A DNA stretch of 64,000 bases from NCBI GenBank assembly GCA_043812935.1, contig JBDRLO010000024.1, forward strand, positions 9,295-73,294, in the 5' to 3' direction. The DNA is from Candidatus Omnitrophota bacterium (GTDB lineage: Bacteria; Omnitrophota; Gorgyraeia; Tantalellales; Tantalellaceae). Below, in pieces: positions 1-8,992 of this stretch. Within the stretch, counting starts at the first letter, position 1. Each line of letters opens with the position of its first letter. Both the position numbers and the translations under genes were made by a program. A model generated the notes under the pieces. It was not told where the DNA came from. It did no database searches and saw nothing but the letters and a program-made list of their open reading frames with translations.

Positions 1-108
1 AAATGCGCAAGATGTGAATATGATTCAATTTGCTGGGTACAGGCAGATGTTTTGTAATTAAACACCGGATGTTTATTTAATGTAAGATAGTTTAACCGGG
101 AGGGTTAA

Positions 109-1158
109 ATGGATAAAAAATTTATTTCGGATTTTAAAGTTAATGAACAGGTTACTTCAGTTTTTATGCTTCGAAAAAAGAATCTGAAACTGACGAAGTA
201 TGATAAACCCTATCTTGAAATGACGCTTTCGGATAAAACAGGAAAAATCGAAGGCCGTTTATGGGATGATGCTGAAAAGTATAATGAAGCGGCAGATACG
301 GGAGATTTTGTTCTAATAAAGGGGACGGTTGATAAATACAGGGAGGAAAAACAGTTAAAGGTGGATTATCTGGTAAAAGCGGATGAAAGAGCGTTTTGTT
401 ATGAGGATATGGTGCGTGTTGCAGCAAACAGGGAAAAGTATTACAACGACATTTTAACCTATTTGAAAAGCATAAAGAATGTCTGGGTTAAATCCCTCTC
501 GGAATTATTTGTTAAAGATGAAAAATTAATGGCTTCATTCAAAGATGGAATCGGGGGGAAAAGCTGGCACAATGCTTATATAGGCGGATTAATGGAACAT
601 ACTTTTGAAGTAATGTATATTTCGCAAGAGATGTGCCGTTTGTGCGGTGAAGCGGACAGAGATATAGCACTTTTTGGCGCGTTTATTCATGATATCGGAA
701 AAGTGCGTGAGCTGGACCCAAAGAAACTTGAATACACGGTTGAAGGCGGCCTTTTAGGCCATATAGCGATTGGATATAGAATTCTAACGGAAAAAATCAG
801 TGAAATTACGGATTTTCCGTATGATTTACGGTTACGGCTGGAACATATTATTCTCAGCCATCACGGTGAATACGAACAGCAATCGCCGGTTCTACCAAAA
901 ACTCTTGAAGCTACAATTATATATCATGCGGATGAGTTGGTTTCTCAGGCAAATGCTATAAAAGAAATTCAGGTTGGACAAAAGGAAGAGGGAAAAACCT
1001 GGAGTAATTACGTTACAATTAAGAACAGAAAATATTTTATAAAGTCTGCCGCAGAAGAAGGGTGGAGTCAGGAAAATAAGGAGAGTAAGCAATCCGGACA
1101 AGCTGGTAGTATCTCGGAAGAAGCGGATGGCTCTGACGAAATAGGAGATTTATTTTAG
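109..1158 (+). CDS. 3'-5' exoribonuclease YhaM/Cbf1 family (OB-fold + HD domain)
   Basis: N-terminal OB fold (LSDKTGKIEGRLW), HD motifs HNAYIGGLMEHT, IHDIGK, HIILSHHG; GGGAGG RBS upstream. Confidence 0.88.
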   Translation: MDKKFISDFKVNEQVTSVFMLRKKNLKLTKYDKPYLEMTLSDKTGKIEGRLWDDAEKYNEAADTGDFVLIKGTVDKYREEKQLKVDYLVKADERAFCYEDMVRVAANREKYYNDILTYLKSIKNVWVKSLSELFVKDEKLMASFKDGIGGKSWHNAYIGGLMEHTFEVMYISQEMCRLCGEADRDIALFGAFIHDIGKVRELDPKKLEYTVEGGLLGHIAIGYRILTEKISEITDFPYDLRLRLEHIILSHHGEYEQQSPVLPKTLEATIIYHADELVSQANAIKEIQVGQKEEGKTWSNYVTIKNRKYFIKSAAEEGWSQENKESKQSGQAGSISEEADGSDEIGDLF

Positions 1159-1164
1159 TTGCGC

Positions 1165-1551
1165 ATGGCTGAACGGAGAAAAATGGACCGGAGAAAATTT
1201 GAAATACTTGTTATGGAAGCGCTTAAAACATTACCGGAAATCTTTAAAAACAGTTTAAAAAATGTTGATGTTATTATTGAAGATGAACCGTCTGCTGATC
1301 AGGAAGAAAAAATTAACGCGTTGCATCGCAGGTTAGTATTGGGATTATATCAGGGCGTGCCGTTGTCCAGACGAAGCCAGTATTATGGTATGGTAATGCC
1401 CGATAAAGTTTCCATTTTCCAAAAAAATATAGAAAAAGTCTGTAGATCGGATGAAGAAATAGTGAGGTTGGTGAAACATACGGTTCAGCATGAACTTGCA
1501 CACCATTTTGGGATTTCTGACCAAAGGATGAGAGATCTTGATGTTTATTAG
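1165..1551 (+). CDS. Minimal zincin-like metallopeptidase (DUF1025/Zincin_1 type)
   Basis: LGLYQGVPL...PDKVSIF...HELAHHFG signature; start uncertain (1159 TTG, 1165 or 1183 ATG). Confidence 0.85.
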   Translation: MAERRKMDRRKFEILVMEALKTLPEIFKNSLKNVDVIIEDEPSADQEEKINALHRRLVLGLYQGVPLSRRSQYYGMVMPDKVSIFQKNIEKVCRSDEEIVRLVKHTVQHELAHHFGISDQRMRDLDVY

Positions 1552-1596
1552 CCGGCCTGTGTTGTTAACATATTGTTGTTTTGAATTTTTAAGAGT

Positions 1597-2607
1597 TTAG
1601 TTTTTATTGACGCGGATATTATCAATGCAAATATGACCGTTGTAAGCAGTGTTATATGATTCTATTCGCACCGCCAGCTTGCGGATGTCAGATCTGATTG
1701 TATCGTTAATTTGTATTGGATCCCAGTCTTTGCTTTTGTCAGTCAAGTCGGCGGTAATAGTAACCCATTTTCCGGGACACAATCTTACTGTATGGTTCAT
1801 CTCGATGAAATCCCAATTTTCGCAGGCAGTTAAGATGAGTTTTCCACGGATTTCCGTTTCAGGCGCAGTAGGAGGCAAGTATACGTCAGCGGATATAGAA
1901 TCATAATTTGTAAGGTTAAGATATTGTTGGATTTCAATCAAAGCAGCTGTCCATGTTCTTCCTGGGAATTCCACAAAAAGTTCAAGAGAACCTTTGTCCT
2001 GACTCGCAATATAATCAATTTTATCAATAAGCCGTGCTACATGATCTTGTTTATCGAGTTCCCATAAGGGTATCTCCCAGCCGTTTAAGTCATTTTCAAA
2101 ATTATAGAGAATCTTGTTTCTTGGAATTGAAAGATTTGTTTCGTCAGATGGGGCTGGAATTTTAGTATTAGTCGTCTCTAAAGGAGTGCCTGTGGAGGAC
2201 AAAGATGTAAGGCCTTTTTTGTCTGATGGTTCAGTGTCTATTAAAGAGGTAGTAATATCTTTTTCCCACGCTTCAGGTGAAATAGGACCTTTATGCACAG
2301 GTTCGATATGAATGTTTACGCTAAAAACAACGCGTTTTTGTTGAAAAAACCATACGAGAGGAATAATCAAGCCGGCAATAATTAGCAACGAGATGATCCA
2401 TTTGGCAAACCGCGAAGCGCGAACAGCATCTTTTTTTGCCGGCGCGGTTTTTATGCTGTTTCTTTTCGCTATTTTTTTAAAATGATTTTGTTGAAGCAGT
2501 TTACGGATGTCGTCCGGCTGTTCTTTTTTTTCGTTCAGCGTGTTATTCCGAAAATATGTCTTTGATAATTCAAAATCAATTTTGTCTGGTGTTTTTGTTC
2601 CCTGCAT
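1597..2607 (-). CDS. Single-TM membrane-anchored protein with C-terminal carbohydrate-binding module (CBM27/CBM11-like beta-sandwich)
   Basis: TM WIISLLIIAGLIIPLVWFF, S/T/P-rich linker, then LYNFENDLNGW...GSLEL...ISADVYLP...PGKWVTITADL...ICIDNIRV, typical of galactose-binding-like CBMs. Confidence 0.65.
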   Translation of the reverse strand: MQGTKTPDKIDFELSKTYFRNNTLNEKKEQPDDIRKLLQQNHFKKIAKRNSIKTAPAKKDAVRASRFAKWIISLLIIAGLIIPLVWFFQQKRVVFSVNIHIEPVHKGPISPEAWEKDITTSLIDTEPSDKKGLTSLSSTGTPLETTNTKIPAPSDETNLSIPRNKILYNFENDLNGWEIPLWELDKQDHVARLIDKIDYIASQDKGSLELFVEFPGRTWTAALIEIQQYLNLTNYDSISADVYLPPTAPETEIRGKLILTACENWDFIEMNHTVRLCPGKWVTITADLTDKSKDWDPIQINDTIRSDIRKLAVRIESYNTAYNGHICIDNIRVNKN

Positions 2608-2754
2608 AATTGTTTGGCTAATAAGTTTAGTTTGAAAAAATATAAAAAATACAGACTAAATTATATACTATAAAATCAGAAAATGCACGTCAAAAAAATA
2701 AAAAAGAAAAAATTTTTCTATAAATAATCTGGACAAAAAATAAAAGTTTGTTTA

Positions 2755-2783
2755 TTTACAACCTGATATCAATATGATATACT
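2755..2783 (+). promoter_or_regulatory. Putative sigma70 promoter for the parA-CBM48 gene
   Basis: TTTACA-17 bp-TATACT with TG at the extended -10 position. Confidence 0.5.
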
Positions 2784-2846
2784 TTCACCGGAATACAGTA
2801 TTGAAAGTTTTTGATACGGATCTTTAAACCATTGTCAGGAGGAAAT

Positions 2847-3890
2847 ATGAAAGTTATTTCAATCGCAAACCAAAAAGGCGGTTGTGGAAAAACGACGCTG
2901 GCAGTGAATATTGCGGCGACACTTTCCAGTTTAGGCAATGAAACTCTTCTCATGGATCTTGATCCGCAAGCTCACGCGACTTTTGCATTGGGCCTTTCTG
3001 AAAAATCTTCAGAGCATAAAACATCGTATGATATATTTCGGTCACGTTTTAACAAATCCGGTATTGATTTTGAGGAATTAGTGATACATGGCCGGGAGAA
3101 ACTTTCTTTTGTTCCCGCGAATATGATGCTTAGCGCGGCTGAAATTAATCTTGGGAGTATTGATGGTGCCGCGGCAATATTGTCACAGACTCTATCGCAT
3201 CCATATTTTGAAAAATATGAATATATTGTAATTGATTCTCCTCCGAGTTTTGGTTTTTTGACTTTAAATTCCATGTACGCGGCTGATGTTATACTTGTTC
3301 CGATAGATTTGAGTTATTTTGCTTTTAACGGGATTAATAGTGTTTATCGTGTTGCTAGTTTGTTGAATAGAGAAACAGGACGCAGTCCTTCGATTTTTTT
3401 TGCAATGAATTTATTTGATAACCGGTCAAATTTTGCAAGAAAAATAGAAAATGAAGCGCGGGCAAAGCTAGGAGAATATCTTTTATCAACTAAGATCCGT
3501 TCCAGTGTCCGCTTAAGAGAAGCGGCGAGTGAGGGTAAAACTATATTTGAATATGCGGAGGAATCGCCGTCCGCGTCGGATTTTATTAATCTCACTTGTG
3601 AGATTTTGGTTGCTGAGAGCAAAAAAGCGAATACAGTTATGAAAGAATTTATGTTTCATGCTCCGGAAGCGGGTGCGGTTTATGTGCTTGGCGATTTCAA
3701 TAATTGGCAGAAAACAGAAGCCAGCAGGCTTACGAAACTTGAGAATGGACATTGGTCCGGCCATGTTACTTTGCGGCGCGGGAAATATCGGTATAAATTT
3801 TTGGTAGATGACGAATGGATTCATGATCCGGAAAACCGTAAAGTTAGGACAAATGAGTTTGGTACGCATGATTCGATTGTTAAAGTATAG
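2847..3890 (+). CDS. ParA/Soj-family ATPase fused to a C-terminal CBM48/AMPK-beta-like glycogen-binding domain
   Basis: Deviant Walker A NQKGGCGKTT, DLDPQAHAT, IDSPP; C-terminus APEAGAVYVLGDFNNW...GKYRYKFLVDDEWIHDP; AGGAGG RBS before ATG 2847. Confidence 0.9.
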   Translation: MKVISIANQKGGCGKTTLAVNIAATLSSLGNETLLMDLDPQAHATFALGLSEKSSEHKTSYDIFRSRFNKSGIDFEELVIHGREKLSFVPANMMLSAAEINLGSIDGAAAILSQTLSHPYFEKYEYIVIDSPPSFGFLTLNSMYAADVILVPIDLSYFAFNGINSVYRVASLLNRETGRSPSIFFAMNLFDNRSNFARKIENEARAKLGEYLLSTKIRSSVRLREAASEGKTIFEYAEESPSASDFINLTCEILVAESKKANTVMKEFMFHAPEAGAVYVLGDFNNWQKTEASRLTKLENGHWSGHVTLRRGKYRYKFLVDDEWIHDPENRKVRTNEFGTHDSIVKV

Positions 3891-3932
3891 GGTGTAAGTC
3901 AGTAGTGCTACCTATAATATAATAACTTAAAT

Positions 3933-3970
3933 GAAAAAGGTTCCCCTAATTTAGTGGAACCTTTTTCTTT
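3933..3970 (+). terminator. Intrinsic terminator (possibly bidirectional)
   Basis: GAAAAAGGTTCC...GGAACCTTTTTC stem followed by T-tract. Confidence 0.7.
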
Positions 3971-4127
3971 GCGATAGCCGTATCGAGTGTTTTTATTTCA
4001 ATATTAATTTAAAAATAACTTGAATTATGTCATAAAATATTGTTTAATACAGATCATTAGTGTTGCATAATATACAATAATATTAATATGAATATACAAA
4101 TTCACAAATTACAGAAAGGGAAATGTT

Positions 4128-5075
4128 ATGTCACAACCAATTGTTTATTCAAAAAGCAAAGAAAATATCGTTGTCCGGTATGAAGGCAATCCAATTTTAA
4201 CAAAAGACGATGTTCCTGCAGCGGCAAAAGGAGTTTATAATTCCGGATGTATCAAAACTACGGAAGGCAAGTATGTTATGCTTTGCAGAGTTGAAACTCC
4301 GTCTATGAAACAATTAATTTGGCCGGCGGATTCTGTTGATGGAATAAAATTTAAACTGAGGCCGGAACCTATAAAAATGCCGGATACAGAAGAATTTAAA
4401 GAATATACGACAGGGATGTATTACGATCCGCGTGTTGCTCAAATTGAAGGTGTCTATTATGTGGTATTTGCTTGTCACAGTGGGCATTCTTGCCGATTGG
4501 GGCTTCTAGAATCGCCTGACATGATACAATTCAAGTGGAGAGGGTTTATTTCTGAAACGGATAATCGCAATGGAGTTCTTTTTCCTGAAAAGATAAATGG
4601 GTTATATTGCCGTTTGGATAGGCCTAATACCGGCGACGGGAAAGGATATATGTGGCTTTCGTATTCGCCGGATCTTATTCATTGGGGACAGTCAAAAGCA
4701 GTGGCTTTTTCTCAGGATGAATGGGGCTGGAAGAAGAATGGTCCGGGTGCGGTCCCGATAAGGACAGAAAAAGGCTGGTTGGTTATTTATCATGCAGTTA
4801 ATGTCCAGTGCGCGGCGCAATATGTTTACCATTTGGGAGTTATGCTGTTGGATCTTAACGATCCTTCAAAGATTGTTGCTCGTGCAAAAGCGCCGATACT
4901 TTCGCCGACTACCAACTATGAACTTAATGGCTTGACGTATGCGGTTGTATTTACTTGCGGTGCGGTAGCAGAACCTGACGGTGAAGTGAAAATATATTAC
5001 GGCGGCGCGGATACTGTACAATGTTTGGCAACCGCAAGGATTGAAGATCTTGTTGACGCGTGTTTTAATCGATGA
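4128..5075 (+). CDS. Glycoside hydrolase family 130 (beta-mannoside phosphorylase-like)
   Basis: RYEGNPIL, YNSG, YDPRV, DNRNGVLFPEKING, LDRP, YYGGADT motifs. Confidence 0.9.
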   Translation: MSQPIVYSKSKENIVVRYEGNPILTKDDVPAAAKGVYNSGCIKTTEGKYVMLCRVETPSMKQLIWPADSVDGIKFKLRPEPIKMPDTEEFKEYTTGMYYDPRVAQIEGVYYVVFACHSGHSCRLGLLESPDMIQFKWRGFISETDNRNGVLFPEKINGLYCRLDRPNTGDGKGYMWLSYSPDLIHWGQSKAVAFSQDEWGWKKNGPGAVPIRTEKGWLVIYHAVNVQCAAQYVYHLGVMLLDLNDPSKIVARAKAPILSPTTNYELNGLTYAVVFTCGAVAEPDGEVKIYYGGADTVQCLATARIEDLVDACFNR

Positions 5076-5269
5076 ACAGGGTAACCAGCTTGTTAATGTA
5101 GATATAATGGAAAGTCGCACATCCATACATAGGTGAACAACTTGCATAAACAAGAAATCAGCGCTACACTTGGAAAAACCAAAACAGGAGGTGCGTTATG
5201 AAAAGTGTAGTATTGATGTCCATCAAGGAAATATATGTGCCCCCGTGCCTGTCCGTTAAATCAATGCTA

Positions 5270-5325
5270 CGTGTAACCTGTAACCTGTAACGTGTTTCGT
5301 GCAACGTGAAGCGTGCAACGCATAA
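5270..5325. repeat. Degenerate 7-bp tandem array (consensus CGTGYAA), 8 units
   Basis: cgtgtaa cctgtaa cctgtaa cgtgttt cgtgcaa cgtgaag cgtgcaa cgcataa. Confidence 0.85.
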
Positions 5326-5335
5326 GGATTTACCA

Positions 5336-5752
5336 ATGAAGTATGGCGTTTCTTTACGCAAGGAAACGGAGCTCAAGAAAAAAATGCGCCGTTTTGGCGT
5401 AAAAGAAAAAGATATTACGGAGAACTTTATACGATCCAGCGGCCGCGGCGGACAAAACGTTAATAAAGTCGCAACATGTGTTTATTTAAAACACAAACCG
5501 TCGGGTGTTGAAGTCAAATGTAAACAGGCCAGGACACAAGCGCTTAACCGTTTTATCGCGCGAAGGATACTTGTTGAAAAAATTGAAACTAAAACATTAG
5601 GAAAGCTTTCGGCAGAAAAACAACGAATAGAAAAAATCCGGCGTCAAAAACGAAAACGGTCCAAAAGGGCAAAAGAAAAAATACTTGCCGATAAAAAAAA
5701 ACAGGCACAAAAAAAGAATCTTAGAAAGTCAATAAGCGCGCAGGAAGACTAG
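5336..5752 (+). CDS. Peptide chain release factor-like protein (ArfB/YaeJ-type, GGQ domain with basic tail)
   Basis: FIRSSGRGGQNVNKV motif, RTQALNR, K/R-rich C-terminus; start at ATG 5336 preferred. Confidence 0.85.
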   Translation: MKYGVSLRKETELKKKMRRFGVKEKDITENFIRSSGRGGQNVNKVATCVYLKHKPSGVEVKCKQARTQALNRFIARRILVEKIETKTLGKLSAEKQRIEKIRRQKRKRSKRAKEKILADKKKQAQKKNLRKSISAQED

Positions 5753-5781
5753 CGCGCTTTGTTTTTATTTAAGGAGGCCTT

Positions 5782-7344
5782 GTGTCGAAAAAAATACGAG
5801 ATTCCTGGGGGTCGCGGCTAGGTATTATCATGGCGGTTGCAGGATCTGCCGTTGGTTTGGGGAATTTTTTACGGTTTCCGGTGCAAGCGGCAAAAAATGG
5901 CGGCGGCGCTTTTATGATTCCCTACTTTATCGCGCTTTTGCTGGTAGGTATTCCGCTTATGTGGGTTGAGTGGTCAATAGGGCGTTATGGCGGCGGGTTT
6001 GAACATTCAACAGCGCCTGGCGTTTTCCATAGTTTGTGGCAAAAAAACCGTTTTATCAAATATTTTGGGGTAATAGGGATATTCGGTCCGCTTGTAATTA
6101 TGATTTATTATACTTATATTGAGTCGTGGACGCTTGCGTACAGTTTTTTCTCCCTGACGCAAAAATATGCAGGTATTACGGATCAAGTTTCAATGCAGTC
6201 TTTTCTTCGCGGGTTTCAAGGCCTTGAAAAAAATCAGTATTTTTCAAGTATCAGCACAGCTTATATATTTTTCCTTATTACTTTTATAGTTAACATTACG
6301 GTTTTGAATCATGGGATACGCGGCGGGATTGAACGTTTTTGTAAAATTGCGGTTCCTGTACTTTTTGTTTTCGGGTTGATTTTGCTTGTGAGGGTATTTT
6401 CGATGGGTGTGATAGATTTATCTAAACCGGATTGGAATGTTTTTAATGGATTAGGGTATCTTTGGAATCCTGATTTCTCACAGCTTAAAAGCGCGAAAGT
6501 TTGGCTGGCGGCTACTGGACAGATATTTTTTACGCTTAGTGTCGGAATAGGTGTAATTTTAACATACGCGAGTTATTTAAAAAAGGGTGATGACGTGGCG
6601 CTTTCCGGATTAACCGCTGTGAGTATGAATGAAATCGCGGAAGTAATTTTAGGCGCCAGTATAGTTATTCCCGCGGCATTTGTGTTTTTCGGACCAATGG
6701 CGATAGGGGATATTGCGAATTCTGGCGCTTTTAATTTAGGTTTTGTGACAATGCCGCTTGTTTTAGCCCAAATGCCGTTTTCTGAAATTTTTGGGTTTTT
6801 ATGGTTTGGATTATTGTTTCTGGCCGGCGTTACGTCATCGGTTTCTTTGGCGCAGCCTGCCATAGCATTTTTGGAAGATGAGTTTAATATCTCCCGCAAA
6901 CAGTCTGTATTGATATTTGGAATTGTGACTTTTACCTTATGTAATGCAGCAATATTTTTCTTAAGCAAAGGTGTTGTTGATGAACTGGATTTTTGGGGCG
7001 GGACATTTTGTTTAGTGCTTTTTGCTACAATAGAAGTGATATTGTTCGGATGGATATTCGGTATTAATAAAGCATGGGAAGAAGTTCATCATGGCGCTGA
7101 CATGCGACTGCCGAGAATTTATAAATATGTTATTAAATATATAACTCCGGCGTTTCTTTTGATTATACTGGGCGCTTGGTTTTTTAAGGAATGGCTGCCT
7201 ATAATCAGAATGGACAACGTTTCGTTAGCTAACCGCCCGTATGTTGTTGCGACACGATGCGGGCTTTTTTTAATATTTATTATTCTCGCTGTGCTGGTTA
7301 AAATAGCTTGGCGAAAAAGAAGAATAAAGGGAAGAGACATATGA
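5782..7344 (+). CDS. Sodium-dependent transporter, NSS/SNF (LeuT-like) family
   Basis: AGSAVGLGNFLRFP, GGGAFMIPY, GQIFFTLSVG; about 12 TM segments. Confidence 0.93.
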   Translation: MSKKIRDSWGSRLGIIMAVAGSAVGLGNFLRFPVQAAKNGGGAFMIPYFIALLLVGIPLMWVEWSIGRYGGGFEHSTAPGVFHSLWQKNRFIKYFGVIGIFGPLVIMIYYTYIESWTLAYSFFSLTQKYAGITDQVSMQSFLRGFQGLEKNQYFSSISTAYIFFLITFIVNITVLNHGIRGGIERFCKIAVPVLFVFGLILLVRVFSMGVIDLSKPDWNVFNGLGYLWNPDFSQLKSAKVWLAATGQIFFTLSVGIGVILTYASYLKKGDDVALSGLTAVSMNEIAEVILGASIVIPAAFVFFGPMAIGDIANSGAFNLGFVTMPLVLAQMPFSEIFGFLWFGLLFLAGVTSSVSLAQPAIAFLEDEFNISRKQSVLIFGIVTFTLCNAAIFFLSKGVVDELDFWGGTFCLVLFATIEVILFGWIFGINKAWEEVHHGADMRLPRIYKYVIKYITPAFLLIILGAWFFKEWLPIIRMDNVSLANRPYVVATRCGLFLIFIILAVLVKIAWRKRRIKGRDI

Positions 7345-7445
7345 CGGTGCTTGGTTGGATATTTATGTTTTTTTCATGGGGAATGATTATTTTTTTGGCG
7401 GTCTTTTGTTTTAAAAGAATTTTCCGAAAAAAAAATGTTGACTAG
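7341..7445 (+). CDS. Small single-TM protein, MetS-like NSS transporter small subunit (not in ORF track)
   Basis: MTVLGWIFMFFSWGMIIFLAVFCFKRIFRKKNVD; ATGA overlap with the transporter stop codon. Confidence 0.7.
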   Translation: MTVLGWIFMFFSWGMIIFLAVFCFKRIFRKKNVD

Positions 7446-7588
7446 CCGGGATATTTAAATAGTTTTTGCATTCTGCCGGTATCTAATGATATACTATTAA
7501 TAATACTACTATATTTACAATTATACCTAATATATGATTTAGCTTGGTATGCTGGGTAAAGAGGCTAGAGAAAAAAGGAGGCGTCAAG

Positions 7589-7822
7589 ATGGAAAGAGAT
7601 GTTGCGGTTTTTGAAAAAAATAAGTATCAGGATGTGAAAATACGCATATCTGAATATCAGGGGAATGATGTTATAGATGTTAGAATATGGACACAGCCGC
7701 CGCAGGGAGATGAGAAAGTGCCTACGGGAAAAGGTATTAACATAAACGTAAAACTTTACTCAAAACTGAAAGAGGCTGTTGACGAATTGGGCAAAGTGCT
7801 GAAAGAAAATAATCTGGTTTAA
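7589..7822 (+). CDS. PC4/YdbC-family ssDNA-binding protein (transcriptional coactivator p15-like)
   Basis: ISEYQGNDVIDVRIW...PTGKGI motif; AGGAGG RBS before ATG 7589. Confidence 0.8.
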   Translation: MERDVAVFEKNKYQDVKIRISEYQGNDVIDVRIWTQPPQGDEKVPTGKGININVKLYSKLKEAVDELGKVLKENNLV

Positions 7823-7885
7823 GGTTTTGCCGTACGGAATTTTTTATTCGCGATGACTGTGAAATAGTTTTTTCAAACGGAGAGT

Positions 7886-8347
7886 ATGCTTATGTCTATT
7901 AATGAGGGGAATGCGCACAAAGAAAAACGTCGTTTTATCAGGCATTTGCTTGTTAATCCGCTTGAATTTCAAATTTTTGAAAATGATAATTTTCAAAAAT
8001 CCGAGACAATTGACGTGAGTGAAGGCGGTCTCATGTTTACTTCCAGAAAAGGTGTGGCTGCGAATGCGATAATAAACCTGCAGGTTCCTTTGTATGAGAA
8101 AATTTTCAAAATTAGAGCAAAAGTAATTCATTCCAAAAAAGATCAAAGTACCGGGCTGTACAGGATAGGTGTTGCGTTTATCAATTATTCCGATGCTTTT
8201 AAAATCAAAATAATTGAACAGATTTATTTGATTGAAGAGTACCGAGTATTACGTTCACTTCAAACGGGAAAAGATCTAAGCCTGCCGGAAGCTTCACGAG
8301 AGTGGATAAAAAGGTATTCTGCCAGATTTGAGAAATTGTATTGGTAA
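7886..8347 (+). CDS. PilZ domain protein
   Basis: EKRRFIR (RxxxR) and DVSEGG (DxSxxG) c-di-GMP motifs; helical C-terminal extension. Confidence 0.85.
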   Translation: MLMSINEGNAHKEKRRFIRHLLVNPLEFQIFENDNFQKSETIDVSEGGLMFTSRKGVAANAIINLQVPLYEKIFKIRAKVIHSKKDQSTGLYRIGVAFINYSDAFKIKIIEQIYLIEEYRVLRSLQTGKDLSLPEASREWIKRYSARFEKLYW

Positions 8348-8409
8348 CGAAATAGCCTGTCTGTTTAATCTCTTTTTAGTTTACAAAATGAAGGTATTTA
8401 GGAGGAATC

Positions 8410-8928
8410 ATGGAACGCAAAAATGCGGTAACAATGACTGGAATTCCTTTAACCCTAATGGGAAACGAAATAAAAACCGGGCAGCATGCTCCGGGGGTTA
8501 TTGTCCTGGATGCTGATTTGTCTGAAAAAAATCTTGGAAATTTCAAAAATAAAATAAAATTAATCGCGTCAGTCCCTTCTTTGGATACTCCTGTATGCGA
8601 TCTTCAGATAAAACGGTTTAATGATGAAGCTGTAAGCATGTCTAAAGATATTCAAATTATATTTATAAGCATGGACTTACCATTTGCGCAAAAACGGTTT
8701 TGCCAGGCATATAACATAAAAAATGTGAAAGTTTTTTCTGATCATAGAGACGCAAGTTTTGGAACTAATTACGGTGTTCTTATAAAAGAATTACGTCTTT
8801 TATCAAGAGCGGTTTTTATTGTTGATAAGAATGATGCTGTGCGGTATGTGCAATATGTAAAAGAAATGAGTTTGCCTCCTGATTATGATGATGTCCTGAA
8901 AGCTTTGAAAAATATTATCGTAGAATAA
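8410..8928 (+). CDS. tpx: Thiol peroxidase (atypical 2-Cys peroxiredoxin)
   Basis: SVPSLDTPVCD, SMDLPFAQKRFC, LLSRAVF. Confidence 0.93.
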   Translation: MERKNAVTMTGIPLTLMGNEIKTGQHAPGVIVLDADLSEKNLGNFKNKIKLIASVPSLDTPVCDLQIKRFNDEAVSMSKDIQIIFISMDLPFAQKRFCQAYNIKNVKVFSDHRDASFGTNYGVLIKELRLLSRAVFIVDKNDAVRYVQYVKEMSLPPDYDDVLKALKNIIVE

Positions 8929-8992
8929 TTTAGAAACACGGGCTTGTTTGAATAACATATAAGTCTATTCAATGTAGCTCAATGTTGAGTAT

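Noticed and set aside
5164-5376. 70-aa minus-strand ORF
   Set aside because: Largely a translation of the 7-mer array and antisense to the ArfB-like gene; no RBS or family motif
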